From: Oligoflexales bacterium
GTDB taxonomy: Bacteria > Bdellovibrionota_B > Oligoflexia > Oligoflexales > Bog-1112
Reading direction: 5' to 3'
NCBI GenBank assembly: GCA_045105515.1
Contig: JBGCDR010000237.1
Location: forward strand, 1-11,153
Length of the DNA stretch: 11,153 nt
Positions 6,098 through 11,153 of the stretch are shown in pieces (the first letter of the stretch is position 1; each line of letters opens with the position of its first letter). Both the position numbers and the translations under genes were made by a program. The notes under the pieces are model-generated. The model worked only from the letters and a program-made list of their open reading frames with translations, was not told the DNA's origin and did no database searches.

Positions 6098-8197
6098 ATG
6101 GGTAAACGAAGCATTCCCTTTAATATCAAAAGGGCACTTAAATTAAGTTCGTTATTTTTGATCATCACGGTATCATTTTCTCTAGGAATCGCTTTTACAA
6201 ACTCAGGGAGCAACTTTGGGCAATTAGCTGTCAGCTTTTTAGCTAAGTATCCTTACATTGCTTGCCTACAGGCTCTATCACTTTCACTTTTTATTTTTGT
6301 TGCTATTTTTCTAGCTGTCGGCAGTTTTGAATGGCTTTGCTTTGGCCGAGTTGAACCTAATAGACGCCAAGGATTATTTTGCACTATAACTTATATTTTC
6401 TTATACGGAATCCTAGGACTAGGTACCATCTACCGATATCCTGCTTTATTTGAAAATTATTTTCCCACTTGGTTCAATCAATTCATATTTAACACTTCAT
6501 TTAAAATCAATCTAGAATATCAAGGTTTAGCTTACGCTTTGATAATTACATTACTTGCCCTACTAATCAAAAAAAAGCGGCTTATTATTGTATCACTTTC
6601 AATTGTATTTTTAAGTTATTATCCACAACTTAAGTGGTCCCATGAATATTCTATTCCCAAACAAGTTACCACCTCAAAACAAGTAGACCCTAACATACTC
6701 GTTATCGCAGTAGATTCTTTAAGATATGATAGAATTGCTGATCCTCTTTTAACACCCTATATCAACCAACTTAAAGACGATCCTCAGTCGGTGATTTTTC
6801 AAGATCACTTCATTGGTATTCCAAGAACATTTCCTTCCTGGGTTGAAATATTACATGGAAATTATGCTGGTTCAACTAATATACGCCATATGTTTCCGAA
6901 CCTATCAGACAGTGGAAGCCTGCAAGATGATATGGCTGAGTCAGCTCATAAAAGTGGCTATAGAACTGGAGTTTTTTCTGACTTCGCAGGTGATATCTTT
7001 CCTAGGTTCAAAACTGGGTTTGAAAGCATCCAAACTCCAAATATGACCATCAAAGATATCATCGGGATGGGAATCGCGCAAAGCACCTTTCTTTGGCTGC
7101 CAATCTTGTTGGCACCAGCCATCAATAGCTACTTTCCTTACTTAAAGGAGAATCCTTCGTTTGCTGATCCAAGTGAGCTAACCTCTAACGCATTAAATTG
7201 GATAGATAAGGAACCAGGTAGCAAGTATTTCGGTGCAATCTTTTATTCTACTGCTCACTTCCCCTATGCTGCACCTTGGCCGTGGTACAAAAAATATGCT
7301 AAACCAGAGTATCCTGGACCTTATTATTTTTCGAAAACTCCAAGAATGGATGAGTCAGAAAATTCGCTAAACCAAAATGATATTCTTCAAGTAAGAGCTC
7401 TTTATAATGGAGCTATTGCAGCAGTTGACTACAGTATTGGTAAGCTTATTGAAAAATTAAAGGTCGATAGTAGCTATGACAATTCTCTCATTATTCTGAC
7501 TGCTGACCATGGAGAGGACCTATATGAAAATGGTAATATCCAAGGACACGGAGAACACCTTCGCGGCAATTATGTCCTGAACGTTCCTCTTATCATTAAA
7601 TTGCCAAAGTACCTTAAACGTAAAAATAGATCTATTGATTTCGTTACCAGAGCCATTGACATTGCCCCTACCATCAAAAGTTTAGCAGCGAGAGCTCACA
7701 ATCCCAATGTGTATAATGCAGACCAAAGCAAAAAAGAATTTCGCGGAATTGATTTAAGCCCTTGGATAGTAGAAAATTCAAGTATACCAAATTTATCTGC
7801 ACCAGAACTTTCTGCCTATTCTGAAACGGGAATTTGGTTTTCTAGAGCTGGAAATGTTCATTTCCAACAACAAAGAATCGACTACCCTAATATCAATGAG
7901 TTGCTAGAGATTGATGCTCTTGTAAGTGGCCAAATCACCCTCAAACAGCAATATGAAGACATTATTATCACTGCAAAACATCGCAGTCTGATTTGGAATG
8001 ACTTAAAGTTAATCTATATTCCTACTTCGACTGGTATTCAATATCAGTTATTTTTTAGGAAATCAGATCCTTTTAATCTATCAGATCTTAGCGAACAATA
8101 CCCCCATTTAACTGCTTCAATGAAGAGAAAACTATTTAAGGTTATTGCAAAAATTGAACCTCCTAAACGAATCATTCAAGGGTTTGTTCTTCCATGA
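6098..8197 (+). CDS. Polytopic membrane sulfatase-like hydrolase/transferase (alkaline phosphatase superfamily, Thr at nucleophile position)
   Basis: About 5 N-terminal TM segments. Motifs PNILVIAVDSLRYD, IPRTFPSW (T244), TAHFPY, IILTADHGE, GHGEHL...VPLII, IDIAPTI. Confidence 0.9.
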   Translation: MGKRSIPFNIKRALKLSSLFLIITVSFSLGIAFTNSGSNFGQLAVSFLAKYPYIACLQALSLSLFIFVAIFLAVGSFEWLCFGRVEPNRRQGLFCTITYIFLYGILGLGTIYRYPALFENYFPTWFNQFIFNTSFKINLEYQGLAYALIITLLALLIKKKRLIIVSLSIVFLSYYPQLKWSHEYSIPKQVTTSKQVDPNILVIAVDSLRYDRIADPLLTPYINQLKDDPQSVIFQDHFIGIPRTFPSWVEILHGNYAGSTNIRHMFPNLSDSGSLQDDMAESAHKSGYRTGVFSDFAGDIFPRFKTGFESIQTPNMTIKDIIGMGIAQSTFLWLPILLAPAINSYFPYLKENPSFADPSELTSNALNWIDKEPGSKYFGAIFYSTAHFPYAAPWPWYKKYAKPEYPGPYYFSKTPRMDESENSLNQNDILQVRALYNGAIAAVDYSIGKLIEKLKVDSSYDNSLIILTADHGEDLYENGNIQGHGEHLRGNYVLNVPLIIKLPKYLKRKNRSIDFVTRAIDIAPTIKSLAARAHNPNVYNADQSKKEFRGIDLSPWIVENSSIPNLSAPELSAYSETGIWFSRAGNVHFQQQRIDYPNINELLEIDALVSGQITLKQQYEDIIITAKHRSLIWNDLKLIYIPTSTGIQYQLFFRKSDPFNLSDLSEQYPHLTASMKRKLFKVIAKIEPPKRIIQGFVLP

Positions 8198-10524
8198 AAC
8201 GTATCATTTTTTACTTATCAATACTTGTCGTGGCATTGCCAGTTCTTTTCTATGTTTTTATAATCCACCCCAATGATGCTAGAATTTCTCTCCAACCCAT
8301 TGATATTAGCAAAAACGAGCAAGGAACTTTTGAAAGCATCACACCTAAATATTCAAATATTCAAGTATCGCATAGCATTAATATTAACTCCTATCTCGAT
8401 ATTTTAGATAGGATAGCTCCCAATTTTAAGTATCATTTACAATACAAAATACCACATAAAGAAGATAAATTTACCATCTTCACTAGCCCAGGCTTATTTC
8501 CCTACAAACTAGATGGTCGCTACGGATATTTGATGCCTAACAACGGTTCTATTGAAATTAAACCTGAATACAAGAATGCCGTGCGACTTGAGCTTTCCGC
8601 TTATGCGTTTGGTAATAACATGGAGCTTTCAGTTTTTCGAAATGAACACCTCTTAAAAAAAAGATCCCTTGAAAAAATTGAAAATAAGATAAATTACCCA
8701 GAGTGGATGGGCTCTCTTGCAAAGTACTTGCTAGCAGATTTTGCTGCAGAAAATGTTTGGCAAACTTTAAGAAGTAACTTCAATGCAGAAATAAAAGATC
8801 GAATCAAACTAGTGTGTCGCGGATCGAATAACGGATACTGCGTTGTCACGAAACCTAATTTTTTCCGTCCTATTCAAGAGCAGAATAAAAAAAACGTCAT
8901 TATGATACTAGTTGACACAATGCGCTTCGATGCGATTTCATCCGAAAAAATGCCTTTTACCAAGAGTCTTTTTGATTCAAGCTTTACCTACGCTAAAGCA
9001 GTAGCTCCGGGAAATATGACCAGCCCTTCTACTAACTCGATCCTATCTTGTAGAAAACCCCATCATATTAAGGATATTGCCTTCGCTTATGGCTTGGATA
9101 AAGAGAAGAAACTTAGCTATTACCACAATAGTTTTCAATCATTTCCGGAACTGTTCAAGAATAATGGCTGGAAGACTGCAATGATTGGTAATATCTCGAT
9201 CATCTCAGAAGTTATTGGCGAAGGGATCGACCATGGATTTGAGCAACAAGTATCTATTGAAAAAGAAGGCTATGAAACAGCACAAATCACCCGCGAAGCC
9301 CAGAATTGGTTAAACAATAATCGCCAAAGCCCCTTTTTCTTGTATCTTCACTATCATGCTCCCCATGGTCCATATAGAGCGCCTCTAGTAGATATCCTTA
9401 AAACCTTTCCAGGAATTGACACCTTCACTTCTTTTCCGGCAATACTTAAATGGCTTTATAGAGCTGAACTGAGCTATACAGACCGCTACCTTAAGTCTTT
9501 GTTTGATACTATCAATGCGCTCAATCTGCAAGATTCCACCACTATATTAATAACTTCAGACCATGGAGATCATCACTGTGAAAGAGAGTTCGTTAAGGGA
9601 CATAAAAATGTTTCTTTTACAGGAGCATATTTTGATCATGGGGCAACCCTGTACCAAGATGAAATTCAGGTTCCCCTGGCAATAAAAAGTTCTGATCTAC
9701 CACCAGGAAAAGAACAAAGTTCATATGTTTCTACCTTGAGCATTGGTCCAAGCTTACTCGAACTCAATGGCATTCAAATCCCGAGCTGGTGTGACCAAAG
9801 AAGCCTCATAACTAAAGAATCAAATAGTACGAAGAAGTCCAATAATACCATTGGTAGTGAAGGTTTTAGAGGCAAATCCATCATATTCAATAACCGCTTT
9901 AAGTATATTAAGCACTACAAAGCTACCAATAAAAAAATTCATAAATCGCAATCATTCTCAAGTATCAACACTTCTTTTTTATTGCAGGAGGAGCTTTATG
10001 ACCTCGTCCAGGATAAAAATGAGTCCATCAACCTTTATCGATCCAATCTAAACTTACTGCGGCAGGCTCGTAACTCATTTAGGGAATACTACAAAAATAC
10101 AGACATGTTCAAGCTGGTGATCGAGTCACCACAGGATGCACAGATCACAGTGCTTTTGAACGAAGACCAGGATTTTAGAGCAGACCAAGATCTTGTTACC
10201 AAGAAAATTTCCGGATACCAGCAAATTTCATATGTAGGCAAAAGACTTATTTTAGAATCGAGCAAGTTTGAAACAAATGATTTAAAAATTTATATTGCCA
10301 ATGAGCAAATTATCCCACTCATGAGCACTAGCAATCTTCCGATCAAGACTTCTCTAGAACAACTCCCCTATGAAGTTTTGGATCTACAGTCTCAGACACC
10401 TATACGACAAAAAGTAGCTTATTTTGTAAGGTTGGATCTTCTAAATACAGACAAGACGATTTCCACTAAGAATAAAGAATTTGAAAAAATTATGCGCGAG
10501 TGGGGATATCTTAACGATGGATAA
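8194..10524 (+). CDS. Membrane-anchored sulfatase-like hydrolase/transferase (alkaline phosphatase superfamily, Thr at nucleophile position)
   Basis: ATGA overlap with the upstream stop. Single N-terminal TM. Motifs KNVIMILVDTMRFD, GNMTSPST (T276), FFLYLHYHAPHGPY, ITSDHGD, DHGATLYQDEIQVPL, ELYDLVQDKNE, and C-terminal MREWGY. Confidence 0.9.
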   Translation: MKRIIFYLSILVVALPVLFYVFIIHPNDARISLQPIDISKNEQGTFESITPKYSNIQVSHSININSYLDILDRIAPNFKYHLQYKIPHKEDKFTIFTSPGLFPYKLDGRYGYLMPNNGSIEIKPEYKNAVRLELSAYAFGNNMELSVFRNEHLLKKRSLEKIENKINYPEWMGSLAKYLLADFAAENVWQTLRSNFNAEIKDRIKLVCRGSNNGYCVVTKPNFFRPIQEQNKKNVIMILVDTMRFDAISSEKMPFTKSLFDSSFTYAKAVAPGNMTSPSTNSILSCRKPHHIKDIAFAYGLDKEKKLSYYHNSFQSFPELFKNNGWKTAMIGNISIISEVIGEGIDHGFEQQVSIEKEGYETAQITREAQNWLNNNRQSPFFLYLHYHAPHGPYRAPLVDILKTFPGIDTFTSFPAILKWLYRAELSYTDRYLKSLFDTINALNLQDSTTILITSDHGDHHCEREFVKGHKNVSFTGAYFDHGATLYQDEIQVPLAIKSSDLPPGKEQSSYVSTLSIGPSLLELNGIQIPSWCDQRSLITKESNSTKKSNNTIGSEGFRGKSIIFNNRFKYIKHYKATNKKIHKSQSFSSINTSFLLQEELYDLVQDKNESINLYRSNLNLLRQARNSFREYYKNTDMFKLVIESPQDAQITVLLNEDQDFRADQDLVTKKISGYQQISYVGKRLILESSKFETNDLKIYIANEQIIPLMSTSNLPIKTSLEQLPYEVLDLQSQTPIRQKVAYFVRLDLLNTDKTISTKNKEFEKIMREWGYLNDG

Positions 10525-10590
10525 TGGCATAATGTAGGGAAAGCGAACTTGCTAAGCTCAAACCTAGATTTAGTAAGGATGGCAAGGAAG

Positions 10591-10619
10591 TGCAAAGGAA
10601 AGAAGGTCTAATCCGATGA
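10591..10619 (+). promoter_or_regulatory. Sigma28-like motif, 20/29 identical to 101-129, with no convincing downstream gene
   Basis: TGCAAAGGAAAGAAGGTCTAATCCGATGA = CAAA-N15-TCCGATGA. Confidence 0.35.
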
Positions 10620-10692
10620 TTTAAAAATCTATTGAAACCGAAAATTCCTTTATGTCAAATTGCTATGATATATTAAGGTAAACATTTGGTTT

Positions 10693-11142
10693 TCACCGAC
10701 CTCTCATCTCCAAAAACAGCTCTTTTTCTGGATGCTCAACCTCAAATCGGCAATTTGAGAATTCACCATTTTTTGGTCCCCAAATTTGGCCAGAAAATTC
10801 AGTTCTTCGTGCTGCTTTATACCTTTCTTTTGTATTTTCTATTACTTTATGAATCTGTAAAATCTCAGCTCGAATAGATTGTCCTTTTTTTAAATAAACT
10901 AGATCAAAAATGTCATTAACACATCAAAAGCACTTATTTTAAATATTTCTTAAAACCAAATTGAGATTTCCTTCTTCATAGTTACAAGAAACGTATTGCA
11001 GAGCATGGTGGTAGGACAGGGTTGATTCAAGTAAGCTTTTAACCAAATTTTGAAGTACGTTAAAATGGGTTCAGCATATTTTTTTAACAAAATTTTTGTT
11101 GTCAAAAATATTTGAGATGTATTTTTTTGACTATTCAAGCAT
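10693..11142 (-). pseudogene. Probable decayed protein-coding gene of unknown family (may extend beyond the window)
   Basis: One minus-strand frame reads MLE*SKKYISNIFDNKNFVKKIC*THFNVLQNLVKSLLESTLSYHHALQYVSCNYEEGNLNLVLRNI*NKCF*CVNDIFDLVYLKKGQSIRAEILQIHKVIENTKERYKAARRTEFSGQIWGPKNGEFSNCRFEVEHPEKELFLEMRGR*. It is protein-like throughout, with internal stops at 11133, 11073, 10941 and 10926. Confidence 0.45.
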
Positions 11143-11153
11143 AATCTAACAAT

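Noticed and set aside
4182..10524. Classical sulfatase operon with formylglycine-generating enzyme
   Set aside because: Enzymes lack C/S-x-P-x-R and the FGE-fold protein lacks the catalytic cysteine pair.
10686..11138. ORFs 10686-10877 (+) and 10950-11138 (-)
   Set aside because: TTG starts without clear RBS. A different minus frame explains the region better.
1..11153. CRISPR array, tRNA/rRNA, IS element, alternative genetic code
   Set aside because: No spaced repeats, RNA gene signatures or transposase. Intact genes end in TAA, TAG and TGA normally.

Overview
AT-rich bacterial chromosomal window. The gene families suggest a Gram-negative organism of Bdellovibrionota/Oligoflexia type, but this is inference only. 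Six real CDSs, all envelope or signalling: (1) a membrane-anchored CheA-like kinase (2 TM, PAS-like, Hpt, HATPase_c, no CheW domain); (2) a TM-anchored acidic LysM protein with a good sigma54 promoter; (3) an exported PDZ + TlpA-like thioredoxin; (4) a divergent lipoprotein with Ig/FN3-like domains and a C-terminal FGE-sulfatase/C-type-lectin-fold domain; (5, 6) two translationally coupled membrane-bound sulfatase-like (alkaline phosphatase superfamily) proteins with Thr, not Cys/Ser, at the nucleophile position. A probable decayed gene lies at the right end. No RNA genes, CRISPR arrays, mobile elements or reverse transcriptase are visible. The most interesting signals are a recurring sigma28-like promoter motif (3 copies), an in-frame TAA cutting the kinase off from its best start, mutually exclusive hairpins in the PDZ-thioredoxin leader, an anti-SD-containing hairpin, and the Thr-type enzyme pair next to an FGE-fold lipoprotein that lacks the FGE catalytic cysteines.
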